A DNA stretch of 64,000 nt from Paraspadella gotoi (lineage: Eukaryota; Animalia; Chaetognatha): the NCBI GenBank assembly GCA_051294375.1, contig CM119263.1, positions 330,019 through 394,018 on the forward strand, given 5' to 3'. How positions within the stretch are numbered: the stretch's first letter is position 1; each line of letters begins with the position of its first letter. Positions 1 to 15,000 of this stretch are shown piece after piece. The position numbers were made by a program, and so were the translations under genes. The notes beneath the pieces are model-generated. The model ran no database searches. It was not told where the DNA came from and saw only the letters and a program-made list of their open reading frames with translations.

Positions 1-1296
1 TGATATGAAATCGGTACAACCAATGTAAAATCTGACTTTGGATACTGGATAGGCTTTGTTGGTTTACTTGTTTATATTTTTGAAAGAATTGAGGAAAGAC
101 CAACTGAATGCATTAATTTACTTTCCCTGAAACGTAAATGATGCGTAAATGATTTGAACCAATAGAACTTGTATGTAATATGTAAATTTAAAACCTTTCT
201 ATTTTCATTTTTCTTTTCTTTTCCCAATGATTTATTTCCGTTGTGTTTACGAACTTACCTCGTGTTTGTTCACAAATTGAAGAAAAAGCGATTTCACTTC
301 GAAGCAAAACAAGAAAACCAATCTATTTTCTTTCGTAAATGGAATTTTATCAAAAATGGAAAAAAAAACTTGCGGTTCCATGTTAAATATATCGTCTTTT
401 TTACTAGAAGATGGAACAAGATCGGAGACAAAAACCAGTGGCTGCTTCGATACACGTAAACCACTAAACATTTATGCGTTTTACAAACTTTTGAACATTA
501 AAATCGTTCTCTTCTTCATCATATGAATTGAATAAAAACACTCTGACAAGAGTTAATTCTTAAAAAATTTAATATCATAATGGCAATGAAAAAAAAGAAT
601 GATTTTAAAAATTAACATTTGCAGGCGTAAGTACAATCGATAAAGATATTTATGAACAAACTAGTAGTAAAATACATCAAAATACGGCCGACGTACAACC
701 TTACATAATAACAATAACCTTACATAATAACAACCTTACATAATTAAAAAAACTGCCCTCAATGACAATGTGTTCCTTTTGGTGGCCGATTAAAAAAGTT
801 AAATAAAAAAATAAAAAAAGAAAGAATCGAGATCCGAGGATTCGGTTCCATCGATTTGGTTCCATCGTTTTGGTTCCATCGTGGACATCGATTGACACGA
901 CGCGACCCTTGACAACTTTTTTTCTTGAGGTCCCCAAAAAGGAAATGTCGCCGCACGATCTTGAAAAAAAATGAAAGAAAAATAAGATATGAATGAGATT
1001 ATTAAAGTGTTACTATCTACGATATTCTTCGATTCTACTTATTATTTTATCATTACGTATAAAATGCTTAGATTTTTTTTTCAAAATAATCAGCAATCTT
1101 AATAAGTTTTTTTCAATTTAGATTAAACTTGCTGTAAAATTTTTTTCAAAATATTTCGTTATTTATTATTAAGTAATAAGTATTAATTATTAGTTCGGCA
1201 AATTGCCACAATAAAACTAGAACATTTCTTTGTTCACTTAATTTAGTTTCGTAGTGACCTCAAACCCCATGAGGCCAAAAAGATGACGGCAACCAG

Positions 1297-1344
<48 letters not shown>

Positions 1345-1874
1345 AACAACGACGACGATGATGAAAGTCATAAAGATGATATGATCGAAATGACGCCAAC
1401 GTATGACAAGATTATGATTTTCTTTTCTATTTCTTAGACTTAGATATTATGGAGAAAAATCGATATATATATTTACTTACATCTTGTTAAAATCGTTATC
1501 TTCCTTGTTTTAAATGTCCCCAAGAATAAAGAATCTTTAGGACAAAGTACAAAGTAATAAAGTAAAAAATCTTAAAAGCATAAAGATCGAGCCGCTTTCA
1601 GATAGTAACCATTGATTGCAGATTGATATAACAAATATTTGATGCGATGATAACCAAATATTGACGCGGTGATAACCAATAATTGATGCGATGTGATTAA
1701 CAAATGACTGATGTGATGATAATCAAATGATTGAGCGCGATTGATAGTCATTCATTGATATTGATGATAATCATTCATTGATACGATGATAGTCATTCAT
1801 TGATGCGATGATAGTGATTCATTGACGCGCTGAATCATTCATCGTAAATAAAACAAACAAATGCGTGTATGAGT

Positions 1875-1921
<47 letters not shown>

Positions 1922-2596
1922 AGGAGAGGAGAGAGAGAGAGAGAGAGAGAGGGCTGGACAGTTTTCCCGCCAACGAAACGCATTATTAGGTCTCTCTCGT
2001 TTATATAAAGAATAATCAGAATTTTTAGAAAAAAAATCCACGAAAATCTCGGATGTAAATTGTGATTTTGTATTGAGAAAAAAGCGCGAAGAGAATAAAT
2101 GGCGATAATTAAAGTTTTTAGAAGGAAAAAAAGAGAGAGAGAGAGAGAGAAGAGAGAGAGAGGGGGAGAGAGAGGAGAGAGGAAGGAGAGAGAGAGAGAG
2201 GAGAGAGAGAGGAGAGATGAGAGAGAGGAGAAAGGGGGAGGGAGAGTGAGGAGAGAGAGAGAGAGAGAGTTTTCCCACCCAACGAGACGCTATTATTAGG
2301 TCACTTTCGTTTATATCGGTTATCCGTTGCCTCGCAACGGCGTCGTGAAATTGGGTCTATGTTGATTTTTTTTTATACACGTAACGCGTTATTAGGTCAT
2401 GTTCCTCGACATTGTTTACTTGTTGCTCCCGCAACGACCACGAAATCTAGGTTAAGTAAGTTATTGTTATTTGGGATTTTGTTATTGAGATAAAATAATA
2501 AATGGCGATAATAAAAGTTTTATGAAGGAAAAAATCCACGAAATCTCGGAATAAATGGCGATAATAAAGTTTAGAAGGAAAAAAAAGAGAGAGAAT

Positions 2597-2634
<38 letters not shown>

Positions 2635-3989
2635 AGAAAGAGAGATAGAGAGAAAAAGATTGTTCTTTTTTTAGGAAGAAACCAGACCGAGGTCAAATTT
2701 AATATTTGCATATTTAATAATTTTATAAATAGTTATCACAACTCAAATAATTATTTATTTAAAAAAAAGTTAAAAATGATTAAATATATACACTAAAAAT
2801 ATTTATAAATTTAATATAGTACAAATTATCAGAATAACAAAAAAAGTAATGTTTAATTTGACTACATCTCTCTTATCAACTCCTATTTTAGATATAATTT
2901 GCCAATAGTGGGCCAACCGGTCCAAAGTTGCATAATAAATAAAAACAAAATTTTTTTTTTATATATTGATGCATGCAATTATATTATTCGGCGAAAGTGC
3001 TGCATATATAATATGTCACATAACTGATTTATATGTGATAATGCATATCATTATAAGTTATTCTTCATTTTTTAAAAAAAAATTAAGAGGAGAGATAGAG
3101 AGAAGAGAGAAGAGAAGAGAGAGAGAGAGAGAAAGAAAAGAAAAACCGAATTTCTTTCCAATTATATCTCAGATATAAATTTGGGATTTTGTATTGAAAA
3201 AAAAAAGCGCGGAATAAATGGCGATAATAAAAGTTTTAGAAGGAAAAAATAATTAGAATTTTTCAAAAAACGAACGATCGTACAGAGTGAGAGAGACAGA
3301 ACAGAAAGAAGAGAGAAAGAGAGAAAGAAAGAGAAAAAGAGAGACAAAGAGACAGAAAGAAAGAAAAGCTGGAAGCCAGCTGAACAGTCACTGCAGAACC
3401 TGAACTCGTTTTTTAAGGGTTCAGAAAAAAGCAGCAACTGACAAATATAGAAGAAAATCTAATATAAATTTAAAGAAATAAAAGAAAGGCAAAAATATGT
3501 TACAATGTTTCAAATTGGAAAATTTTCCAAGTTTTTCCAATCGCAGCTTGTAAAAGATTTAATTTATATTTGTATTAAATTAAGATATAGCTTCTCATTA
3601 AAAAATCCTTTGAGTTCCCATTTTTATTAAAAAAAACACAATTTTTGAATTTCATCTTCAATATTATATACTGCAATATGTAAATTAGATTAAAGCATTT
3701 CTATATACTAATTTGGATATTATAAGGAGTACTTTAATCTCATTTGCATATTGCAGTAAATCATAATGAAGTGGAAATTCAAACAAAAAAATACTTAAAT
3801 CCAAATGTAATATGAAAATATCACAGCTATTTCAAGATGAAAAGCCATATCTAAATTTTTAACTTACTATGATCGCACACTTTTGTAAAACTTTATCATA
3901 ATTCATAATAATTTTTATTTAAAAAAAAACTGTAAGTCACAGCCAAACCTATAAAAGCGTAGTAGTTTTTATATATGAAAACAGCGTGA

Positions 3990-4248
<259 letters not shown>

Positions 4249-4860
4249 TAATAAAAAATGCATTTTAAATTACGCAATCAGAATATAACGATACGAAAAG
4301 ACAAAAACTATATTCATCAACTCTCCAATATAACGTTTTTGGTAAAAGGCTGATGGCACATTTGCCATTCGCTTCTCAAGGTCACTCGCTCTCTCTCTCT
4401 CTCTCTCTCGCTCTCGCTCTCCCTCTCTCGCTCGCTCTCTCTCTCTCTCGCTCTCGCTCTCTCGCTCTCACTCTCTCTCTCTAGCGGTCGCAATCAATAA
4501 TTCGTGATCCGAAATTGAACTTTCACTCGATTTTGACCTTCGATGTGAAAAAGCATCAATGAGGGAAAAAACGCGAGGGTCGTCGTCGTCGTCGTCGTCG
4601 TCGTCATTCCACTGACCTTTAAACGATCGTCGGTGATCTTCACTGACCTCAAGTGACTCGGTGATCTTTCACGACCTCAAATGACTCACAATCTCGACTC
4701 TCGGACATTCGCTTGACTTTTTATTGCAAAAACTGAAACTCATAAAAGCTTCTTCATTACATTTACAAGCATTTTGATCTCTCGTCTCGTGATATCGTCC
4801 GGTCACTGAGAGTCTCGACGTACAATGACAACGTGCCAAGTTTTTACTGAATCATACATA

Positions 4861-5060
4861 TGAAGAGACATAATAATTATTATGAGTTAGTGATAGAACC
4901 GTTAAATACAAGAAATCCATTAGCTTCCGATCAGACTGTCACATGTCACAAGCGGGTGAAGCGGACGTGCCTCTTAACCGCTAGGCGGCCACCGGGCGAG
5001 AACCCCGGATCTTTGGGTTGGGATGCGAATGACTTGCTTCCAGCACCAATGGCAGCTAAC
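4861..5060 (-). mobile_element. Diverged subfamily LTR of the same TRIM
   Basis: tgaagagaca..gcgggtgaagc..ggcggccaccgggcgagaaccccgga..gcaccaatggc aligns by eye to the LTR; right end and TSD unclear. Confidence 0.65.
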
Positions 5061-5719
5061 GTCATGGAATTTGTATTAGCGGTAGTTCTATCCTAATTTC
5101 ACCTAGTCTTGTCAAAATTGCATTGCACTCTGTCTTTCAAAGTTTCGACATAGCAATGGTTCCTCGCTACTTCTTCCATAAACAATACCTTGTGGAGGTA
5201 TATTCACACCGCCTCACGTCCACCATCGTTTAGCCAAGTCCATTGGCTCAGAGGGGTAACACACCATCCCAGGCGTAGTGTTCCATCCACAGTCCGAACG
5301 ATTTCCCTCTGCGTTGGCAAAGCGAGACCGTCCTAGGGTAATCGCGCCAGTGACTGGCGGCGTCACCAAAGCCAACAGTGAGATACCCCATTTCAATGGG
5401 CATCACAGGCAACCCGGCTGTTGACATAACATCAAATTTCTTGTCAAATGCAATCTTTCTTTCTTTCTATATTTTTCCGGATTTCATCTTTCTCTTCCTC
5501 TCGTGACAACAAAAAATGAGGGAATGACGTTGACGTCCCCCGCGCGAAGAGCGTCTCCCGACTTTTGACGCGCGCACGCTCTCGCGTTGACGTTTACTCT
5601 TGACATGGGCTTGTCCGATTGGCTTTTGACGCACCCGATATCCGAGCGGAGGCGTGACGACGACAAATACTTGATTCTCTGTGTGATCGAGAGTTGCTTT
5701 GTAGATAGAGCGCTAAGTT

Positions 5720-5912
5720 GGCCGAAGAGTGCTAACCGCAACTTCTTTAACCCCTCAAACAGCCATGGATTGGGTCCTGGGCTTCCAACCACGCTTTTTC
5801 ACGACTTAAGGCGGATTAAGGTCGTCCTCACGCTACCCACAGGGGAGGTACCGGTTTGGGATTGAACCCGTTACCTATTGGTCGTCGCTTTACTCAATGA
5901 GCCACCGGGTCA
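5720..5912 (-). mobile_element. tRNA-derived SINE head and body fragment
   Basis: Minus strand A-box-like TGGCTCATTGAG and B-box GGTTCAATCCC at tRNA-like spacing; no full cloverleaf; left boundary approximate. Confidence 0.45.
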
Positions 5913-6446
5913 CGACTGAAGGTGTCATGCTCATAAGCGGGGTGACCTTATGCAATGCCCGACTACAGTGAACACCATTCGAAAAACGACCATTTCAATA
6001 ATTTTATTGTTCACGTTGCGCTACGACCTTTTTTGAATTCTTGGTTCATTAATGTTCTACACGGGAGTTAAAAAAGAAATTGGCGATAAATTTGACGACG
6101 ACGAAAACGACGACGACGACGAACACGACGACGAACACGACGACGACGACGACGCCTCCGCATTAACGCACTTAAATCTCGCGCGAGAATTCGACGATTG
6201 CGTCAATGGTAACGCGACGGGACGGCGACAGCGACGACGACGACGACGACGACGACGACAACACGAATGATCGCGATATTCGTATCGCGACTCTATCTCA
6301 ACGCGGCGTCTCAATGGAACCGGAAGCAGCGAGGGAGAAACTCGCGTCTGGCGCCGAAATTAAACGACGACGATGATGACGACGACGATGACGACGACAA
6401 CGATGACGATTATGATGATGGAGACGACAGCGAATGACATGTTTAT

Positions 6447-6573
<127 letters not shown>

Positions 6574-6913
6574 ACAACCTTCCCTTTTTGGATATATGTT
6601 CTCTTGCAGGAATTTTATTTATTAAGCCGAATTCACTCGGAAGATTTTCGTCAAACAAAAACAAACAGAAAAAACATTTATTTATTTACATTTAAATAGA
6701 AAAAACGTCTGTATACGTTAATTAACATCGAATTGAAAAAATTCGCCCGCCTTAACTTTAGCAACAATACTTAAAAACAGCGTCAGTGTCAGAAGCAACG
6801 GAACTAGCTACGATAAATTACTTTATACTATACCTACAAATCAATCAAACATCTCTCTCGATATTTCTCTCTTCCTCTCTTTCTTTCTTCGGCGGCGGCG
6901 GCTCCGAGCCGAT

Positions 6914-6955
6914 ATGGCTACGGCTGCGTCGGCGGCGGCGGCGGCGGCGACCGTG
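6914..6955 (+). CDS. Possible short first exon (MATAASAAAAAATV)
   Basis: ATG in a GC-rich island followed by a perfect gtg|gtaagt donor; downstream partner not identified. Confidence 0.3.
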
Positions 6956-7668
6956 GTAAGTCTTGTTGTTATTTGCTTTCGCTGTTGATGTCGTTTCCGT
7001 CCAACGCATTATTTTCGATCGTTAATCACGTCAAAGTGAGAAACTTTAAAAGCTTTTCACTTGAGTTAAATTCAAAATGGCGACGTTGAAGTTTAAGGAC
7101 GCGATTTAGTCGTTTTGAGTTTCGCCGTTTGAAGGCGACGTTAGTAGCAGAGGATTTTTAAAACTGGGAAAAGAGGTAGAGGGCGTCGTGAGCCAATTAA
7201 ATATTTCACATTTAGATGATGTAGTTAGAAAGAACATTCAGAATAATATAAAATCGAAAAAATCATAATTAAAAATACTAAGTTAGTTTTCTCTGTCTTT
7301 GTGTATTATTAACTTAAAATATTTTATAAATTATTTAGTTATAATAACATCATAACTAAAGATCAAATTAAAAAGACTTATTTACTTCTGCAATGCTGGT
7401 TAAGAAATGAACTCGCTGTCAATTGTGATTTGAATCAACCTGACTTTTTTTAAAAACTTTAAACCTCAGCACTGAAGCAAAAGATTATAAGATGATAACA
7501 CTTCTCTCTTATTTATAATAAAATAAATTGTTTTATTTTTTTAATTTTGTTAAGTATTTATACGAATTCTGTCTCCTCATTCACTAAATAATAACTAAAG
7601 GTAAACAGAATTAAACGGAAGTGAACTTAAGGAAGACTAACAACTCATAGAGGTTAGGCGGTTAATGT

Positions 7669-7775
<107 letters not shown>

Positions 7776-9719
7776 TTCCAATTTTATTTCAGTTTTTCCT
7801 GCCTCCGAATTTCATCTCCTTTTCGATTTTCAAATTTATTTTCATTGAATTTCTTTCTTTCCTTTTTCATTGATACAAAAAAATTACTTTACCAAGTTCC
7901 AGCTTGAGAACGAATTTTATCAATTCCACTTAGTTATTTTTGTTATTATTTGTAACTCATGAGATAAGATCCGGATATATCATCATCAGCTTGATATTTT
8001 AACTGATATTTGAAGTGATATAATTTATTATTATTATTCTTAATTATATATACTTTTTACAATTTAAACTGTAAAATATTATGCCTCGCCTCACTCTCTC
8101 TCACGCGTTCCCTCAGTTTTTATTTGACAGGTCTTTTACTGGTCAGTGGTCAGACAATTGTTATATCGCTCTTTTTTCTGGCCATTTTCAAATTTACTTC
8201 TGATGCAAAACCCCAATCATTTTCGTTTCAAGGAAAATCATAAACGTTAATCGTCCGTCCGAAACTCTAGTTTTACGATTTTCTGGATTGCCTATAATTA
8301 AGATTAAATAGTAAATTATTATAAAGCAATTTCGTCCTTTTTTTCAAAAAAAAGTATTTTTTAACTCACTTTAAACCCTTTGGACGGAAGACGTTTCAAA
8401 CGCTCCCATTTCACAAGCGTGAAAAAAAAAAGTTCTGCTTTCAGACTTGTTCATTTATCGAAGCTAAAAACAGGCGATGACATAAAATATTTCCAAATTG
8501 TTTGTAAACAATCCAAATAAACGATAAAATTCCGGTTAAAAGATAAATAAACGGTCTTAAAACCGTTTCGACGTCTTAATATTGAGGCAACTGAAGTTTC
8601 TCCAAATTTCCAAATCAAACTTTATTTAAAATAACCCAGATTGCCTCGGCCAACCCTTTTTCCTTCTTCTTCAATTATCGCGATCGCAAATTTGGGGAAA
8701 TTTGAACAAAGATATTTTCATTCCCATTCGCCGTCTCCCCCTACGGCAACGCTCGCCATCGCCGATACAAGTTCTTTACAGAAATATTATTTAAAATATT
8801 ATGCCACTTAATTGATAGGGAAGCCAGGTACCAAGACAGTCTAAGACTGTGAGTCTGTGAGTCTTGATTGAAAGCTTGCCGGGACCTGCTTTAATATTAT
8901 CTTGTAAGAGAGATGAAGGCTTTAACGCACCGTGGTCTGTCCAAAGTCAATGGGATGTAGCTTGTAAAAGAGAGCCTAGTTTTTTTAAGAAGGACGAAAT
9001 GGAACCAAGTTGTTTGGGAAGGAAATCGAGTTACGTCTCGAGCAGAGAAGCTCATTCGCTTTTAGTCACGATAGGTTTTGAATCCGGTTATAGATGAAGT
9101 CTTTTTTTTTATTCAAAGGAGAGCGAGAGAGCGAAAGAGCGAGAGAGCGAGAGAGCGAGAGAGCGAGAGAGCGAAAGAGCCTTTTTCGAATTTCTGTCCG
9201 TCTGTCTTTCTTTCTGACTATCGGTGAATAATGCTCTAAAACAATTTTCGATTTCACTGTTTATTATATTTTTATTTGTAAAGATTAGGCAATTGACTTA
9301 CTCGTTCTGTTTCTTTCCTTTTGTTGTCAAAAAATGTTGATTTCAGTTTTCAAAATGAATCAAATCAGATTTTCCTTTTTACTAGACCGAATAACCATTT
9401 TTACAAAAATCTAATTTCTTAGAATCCTTTTTTTAGATTTTTTTTTTTTTTTTTTTTTTGGATTCCTGGAATTTTATTTAACTCGATTGGCGGTATTATT
9501 TAATCTTAAGTTAAAAAACTTAGATTTAAATTGTAATTTTCATATTTTTTTAAAATTTTAGTTCTTTTTTTTCTAAAATGTAGCAAGAGATTAAATTTTA
9601 GAATTCTTCGTCATTATCTTGTTCAACATTATTTTTCCCGTTCTTTTTTAACATTACTTAGCTTCTTTTTATACTATCTTGCAAATTCAATATATTACTC
9701 CTTTGATTCCGCCCCCCAC

Positions 9720-9764
<45 letters not shown>

Positions 9765-10254
9765 ATTCACTTTCCCCTCATTTTTGGCGACAACACTTTT
9801 TTTTCTTTGGACTAAAAAAGACGAACGATTCTTTAAAAAGGATTCGTTTTGAGTTGAGGACGAAAATCGTTTGGAGTCCCGGTCGTGAACATGAAAGCCA
9901 AAGTCACATCAGTCAAAGTCTCACCCGTACAAAATCAAAGCCTCACGAATCACATTGGCCTCTTGTCGCCATGGAAACCACATTGATCTCTCCCAGTATC
10001 ACTTCACCAAATCGGATTCAATTTACAAAACATAAAAAATAATAAGGACATTAACAAAAATTTAAAATCATTTTAAATAACATTTTTTAGAAAGGATTCT
10101 TCCCGAATTGAAATTTATGTCGTTACACAAGTTAAATTAGAAAATTATATTTAATAATTAATATTATATTAATTGCGACAAACATCCTGTATTAGGCCGA
10201 AAGTTAGGTGGATATAAGACACCAGAAGGAAATTTTAGATTGGCTGACAACGGA

Positions 10255-10899
10255 CAACAACCCCGTCAGACAAACTTGGGCTGGGGGTCACTATGTAAGA
10301 CTGGGGGTCACTATGTAAGACTGGGGGTCACTATGTAAGACAACAACCCCGTCAGACAAACTTGGGTTGGGGTCACTATGTAAGACTGGGGGTCACTATG
10401 TAAGACTGGGGGTCACTATGTAAGACAACAACCCCGTCAGACAAACTTGGGCTGGGGGTCACTATGTAAGACTGGGGGTCACTATGTAAGACTGGGGGTC
10501 ACTATGTAAGACAACAACCCCGTCAGACAAACTTGGGTTGGGGGTCACTATGTAAGACTGGGGGTCACTATGTAAGACTGGGGGTCACTATGTAAGACAA
10601 AACCCCGTCAGACAAACTTGGGCTGGGGGTCACTATGTAAGACTGGGGGTCACTATGTAAGACTGGGGGTCACTATGTAAGACAACAACCCCGTCAGACA
10701 AACTTGGGTTGGGGGTCACTATGTAAGACTGGGGGTCACTATGTAAGACTGGGCGTCACTATGTAAGACAACAACCCCGTCAGACAAACTTGGGCTGGGG
10801 GTCACTATGTAAGACTGGGGGTCACTATGTAAGACTGGGGGTCACTATGTAAGACAACAACCCCGTCAGACAAACTTGGGCTGGGGGTCACTATGTAAG
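10255..10899. repeat. Higher-order minisatellite (86-bp unit = 26 bp + 3x20 bp)
   Basis: caacaaccccgtcagacaaacttggg + 3x ctgggggtcactatgtaaga, about 7.5 units. Confidence 0.95.
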
Positions 10900-11072
10900 T
10901 AATTACAAAACAGTTTATGTAGAATTTAGTCCAAATTCAACAGTAACAAAGATCCAGCCCAAATTTGCAGTACAGCTAGTTTAAAAAAAGAATAGTACAT
11001 AGTGCATAACAATTAACTTTAACTAGACTTTTTGATCTCATCATCTTCCACCCTTTTGTCCCATGTCTTAAG

Positions 11073-11525
11073 AGATGAATCCCTTTATCTTTTGTCTTTA
11101 CAGATGAATCCCTTTATCTTTTGTCTTTACAGATGAATCCCTTTCTTTTTTGTCTTTACAGAAGAATCCCTTTATCTTTTGTCTTTACAGATGAATCCCT
11201 TTCTCTTTTGTCTTTACAGATGAATCCCTTTATCTTTTGTCTTTACAGATGAATCCCTTTCTCTTTTGTCTTTACAGATGAATCCCTTTCTTTTTTGTCT
11301 TTACAGAAGAATCCCTTTCCCTTTTGTCTTTACAGATGAATCCCTTTCTCTTTTGTCTTTACAGATGAATCCCTTTATCTTTTATCTTTACAGATGAATC
11401 CCTTTATCTTTTGTCTTTACAGATGAATCCCTTTATCTTTTGTCTTTACAAATGAATCCCTTTCTCTTTTGTCTTTACAGATGAATCCCTTTCTCTTTTG
11501 TCTTTACAGATGATTCCCTTTCTCC
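11073..11525. repeat. 29-bp minisatellite
   Basis: agatgaatccctttatcttttgtctttac, about 15 copies. Confidence 0.95.
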
Positions 11526-12052
11526 TTCTGACTTTGCGCCTCTAAAGTCGAAAGCAAAGAAAATTTTGAAGAAAAGTGAAAATTTTTAAAAGAAAAAAAA
11601 GAAGAAAAAACGATAAAAACTGGAAAAAAACTGAGGAGGAAAACGGAGGAAGACGAAAGGAAAAAAAACGGAGGAACAAAACAAGTTAAAGGGAAAAAAA
11701 AGTGTTTTGAGGCGAAAAAGTCTTTTGACAAAAGAGGAAAAAAATCGAGTGGCGGGAAAAAAAAATATTTCGCACAAATAAATACTGAAGAGAAAAAAAA
11801 CGACTTTTGTGGAAAAAAAAGAGTGAAAAAAAATTTGGGAAAAAAGAAAAAAGGAAATTTCTGTAGAAAAAAAAAGGAAAATGAAGGGAAAATAAGAAGA
11901 GAAAACCGGGGAAAAGGTGAACAACCGAGATAGACATTACTACATTACTACAGTACTTGCTAATATATAATAAAATAAAATAGTAGATAGAATAAAGAAA
12001 ATAACATTGTAACGAAAACATCAAAAAATATCTCCTAAAAAAAAGGATAAAA

Positions 12053-15000
12053 ATGAGTTCAATGGAATATTTGATCTCCGCCGACTCCAACGCCTCCAAC
12101 GCCTCCAACGCCTCCAACGCCTCCACAACAACATCCGACGCCACAACCCTCGCCTCCGCAGCCGCCTCCAGCTCCGCCTCCGCCGCCGCCGCCGCTGCAG
12201 AGGAATGGGATGACATTCGGGCCTCGATTGAGGCCACCGGCCTAGGCATCCTCGCTTTTACGGGTGAGAGGTTATCGTCGTTGTCATCGTCGTCGTCATC
12301 GTCGTCGTTTTATGCGCTGATATCTTTTAGTTTTTGTCATATTAATCTTTGTATCATCATCATCATCATCGTCGTCGTCGTTTTATGGCTGATACCTTTT
12401 AGTTTTCGTCATATTAATCTGTTTTGTCGTCGTCGTTGTCGTTGTCGTCGTCGTCGTTTTATGCGCTGATATCTTTTAGTTTTCGTCATATTAATCTTTT
12501 TTGTCGTCGTCGTCGTTTTATGCACTGATATATTTTAGTTTTTGTCATATTAATCTTTGTGTCATCATCATCATCATCGTCGTCGTCGTCGTCGTCGTCG
12601 TCCTCATTTTTGTCTGTGGAAACTTTCAATCTCTTTCTCTGCTTTCTGATTGCAAGGGAAAGATTGTTGTCACATCTTCACCGGCAATTAGTAAGCAATT
12701 GCTTTGAAATTGATTGTACTGCTTATTTAGTAGAAAACGTATGTTTGTAATTCATAATGCATCCTCGTTAACAGTTGACGGATTCCTATGAGAAAAATAT
12801 AGACTTTGTAGAGAAGCCACTAAGTGACTTTCCCAAAAGAAATGTGTAAAGACAATCAAGTAAATGTAATCAAACATTTTCGTCGAGGGCTTTAAATAAA
12901 TTCTACTATGAGAACTTATGGGGTGAACAGCTAAGGTAATGTATGACTCCCAAAAAAATTTAAAAATGTAAAGTATTATATCAAAAGAATTACTAAACAG
13001 AACAACATGAAAAGATGCGTGCTTTTGTATCACCATACAAAAAAAATATAAAATGAAATCAAAAAAGCAAAAAAGTTTTCTCTGCAATATGCAAATGATA
13101 TTTTGGTTACGTATCGATTTTCAGTCAGTCTATGCATACAGATTAATCCGTAATTGAGAATTATTTTCTCGATCATTCAGAAATCATCAAGCCCTATTTT
13201 CAAAAACTCTCCTAATATCTTTACGTCTTTAATGACCTTTTTCCTACTTTTATTTCTCCTATTTTCGTCTTCTACAGTTTTAAATTTTCGGGAGATAATC
13301 AAATCTCGGTCCGCAGAAATAATTTTCGGATGTTGATAGTTATTAACAATAAAAATCAATATACATGTTATGAAAAAACTATTTTTTTATGCTGGTCAAG
13401 CCTGTACTGGTCCAGATTAAGTTTTTACTCGTATTCACCGTTCACGAAAACTAAGTTGTGCCCGCTTTTTCCGGAGCTGGCTTGCCAAACTTTTTTTTTC
13501 CTATTTTCTTTCTCACTCAAAAGACTAGTGTCACATAACCATACAATAAGTTTTTCTTCCTTTGAAAGTTGAAACTACCCGTCCATGTTACGAGGCATTA
13601 GTAGTCGTTCCTCGAAATTTACAAGAACACAATTTTCACGTTGTTTATAAGCAGCTTAAGTTTACAGCTGCCGTCGCTCCTGCAGGGCTGCTGCTTGCGC
13701 TGCGCAAAAAAAATCGCCTTAAACACGATGAGCGGAAATCGATTTTGCGGCTTTTGATTTCAACTTCGCTGACGTCTTCTCTCGTGGATGTCGTTTTTGA
13801 CACAAGTGACAGAATGACCAATACGTTTGTCAATTATTATGTACTCTCACTTGTTAGTTGTTATATCACTTTTTTTTAGTTTCACGATGACGTGTACTCA
13901 TCGGCGACCGGGCGACCTTTTTAAGAAAAGAAAAGTTTTGTTCTGTTTAATGAAAAATATTTTTTTGTAATAATGCTCATAGAATTTTGTGCTGTCACCA
14001 AAGAATTTTTAATTTTGACCTTTAATTAGTACAAATATGACTTTTTAAAAAGATAACGATATATATCATGCTTCGGTTATTAGTCTTTATATTTTAACAA
14101 ACTTAATCCGATCACGATCCCTAGGAGCCATTTCCAACATCGTTGTCTTGGCAACCGTGTTGGCGTCCTCGACTCGTCTCCGCCACCGTAACCTCGTCAC
14201 GACGGGCAACCTCGTTCTCATTGGTCATTTGGCCTTTGTGGGCGTGGCCGTGTCAGCGCTCCTCGTCCCAGTGGGCGCCGTTGCCTCGCTGCACTTGGAG
14301 GCGGTCGGGTCTATGTCTTGCAAGTGAGTCCATAAAGAGAGAGAGAGAGGGAGAGAGAGAGAGAGAGAGTGAGAGAGAGAGAGAGAGAGAGAGACGATAA
14401 AAGACAAGTAATGAGATCAAGGCAAAAGCGATTGGAACGAAACCAAATTAGTAGTTGGAGACTGAAATGACTGAGTGATGAAGGTTTTTCGAAATTAAAT
14501 AATTGCAGTTTACAATTTGTTCACTTAAGTTCTTGAAGTCTCTTCTCTTCTCTTCTCTTCTCTTCTCTTCTCTTCTCTTCTCTTCTCTTCTCTTCTCTTC
14601 TCTTCTCTTCTCTTCTCTTCTCTTCTCACAAGCATAGACAATTTTTAAAACAATTTTAGTTTATATTTTATTTTCCTCACGCTGTTTATTTGTTTTTCAG
14701 ATGCTTCGTCCTTTTTCGTTCGACCCTCAATTTCGTTTCCATCTGGAATGTGACGTTATTGGCTTGGGACAAGCATCAATCAATCGGTATATTATTAATA
14801 TCATTAATATAATATTATAATTATTATATTATTAATAATATTAAAACTTTAAATTCAAATTTTAACGGTCCAATTTCCAGTTAATGGTTGTATTTATAAA
14901 TGTCAATCTAGTTCTTGAATAAACATAAATTAATTTATGACGTATATCGTATTGAGAAGAAACGTTTCCTACACCGACATCTCTTCCCCGCTCACCGCTC

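Noticed and set aside
10255-10899. CRISPR-like repeat/spacer appearance
   Set aside because: The 'spacers' are identical, the context is eukaryotic and there are no cas genes; it is a tandem repeat.
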